Source: a virus
DNA: 6,495 bases
Virus record (IMG/VR): IMGVR_UViG_3300045988_000914
Span: 1-6,495 of that record
Direction: 5' to 3' (one strand)
The stretch's first letter is position 1; every line of letters begins with the position of its first letter. The notes beneath the pieces were generated by a model, which worked only from the letters and a program-made list of their open reading frames with translations, was not told the DNA's origin and searched no databases. Of the stretch, positions 6,321 through 6,495 are shown piece after piece. Position numbers and translations under genes: made by a program.

Positions 6321-6495
6321 TAATCTTTAACAGGATGCGCCTTTTTATCCGCTTTTTGCGCTTTTAAGATTCTACCTTGACAATCACGGGACAATTCCCA
6401 CATAGAACACATATCGGCATCTCTACGAAAAATAGGATCAATAGACCAATCAGTCTTAGAAGAAGTAGAACCATCGAGGAATGATTTCTCATTCG
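6320..6495 (-). CDS. Same 106-aa hypothetical protein, 3' part (6369..6495 duplicates 1..127; unique tail 6368..6320)
   Basis: The frame stays open across the junction. The stop TAA (6322..6320) overlaps the VP2 start ATG (6320..6318) as TAATG. Confidence 0.6.
   Translation of the reverse strand, partial: NEKSFLDGSTSSKTDWSIDPIFRRDADMCSMWELSRDCQGRILKAQKADKKAHPVKD
6369..6495. repeat. Terminal direct repeat, copy 2; identical to 1..127
   Basis: Exact 127-nt identity with the window start. It implies a 6368-bp unit genome. Confidence 0.97.

Overview
The window is one complete, circularly permuted ssDNA microvirus genome (family Microviridae). Bases 1..127 recur exactly at 6369..6495, so the unit circle is 6368 bp. 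All credible genes lie on the minus strand, which is T-rich and, by Microviridae convention, the virion/mRNA sense. Reading that strand: major capsid protein VP1 (phiX174 F-like, 2926->486), a roughly 190-nt GC/CpG-rich structured noncoding region, a 106-aa ORF that crosses the linearisation point (272->1, then 6368->6320), pilot/minor capsid protein VP2 (H-like, 6320->5445), a strong hairpin terminator, and an intergenic region carrying a phiX174-ori-like motif. Then come the rolling-circle Rep VP4 (A-like, 5280->3901) and four small tightly packed ORFs (117, 57, 58 and 65 aa) leading back to VP1. Genome size, the roughly 800-aa VP1 and the gene content fit Alpavirinae-like (Bacteroidota-associated) microviruses better than the smaller gokushoviruses, but subfamily needs phylogeny. 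Main points of interest: (1) the conserved VP1 N-terminus sits in a different frame from the 758-aa ORF, joined at a T5 run, which means either a -1 frameshift or a homopolymer error; (2) the GC/CpG-rich hairpin cluster downstream of VP1; (3) a 9-of-10 match to the phiX174 A-protein cleavage decamer upstream of Rep, with a second copy inside VP1; (4) a 65-aa membrane or lipoprotein-like ORF just before VP1, a candidate lysis or exclusion factor; (5) very large insertions in VP1. No tRNA, rRNA, CRISPR array, integrase or transposase was seen.
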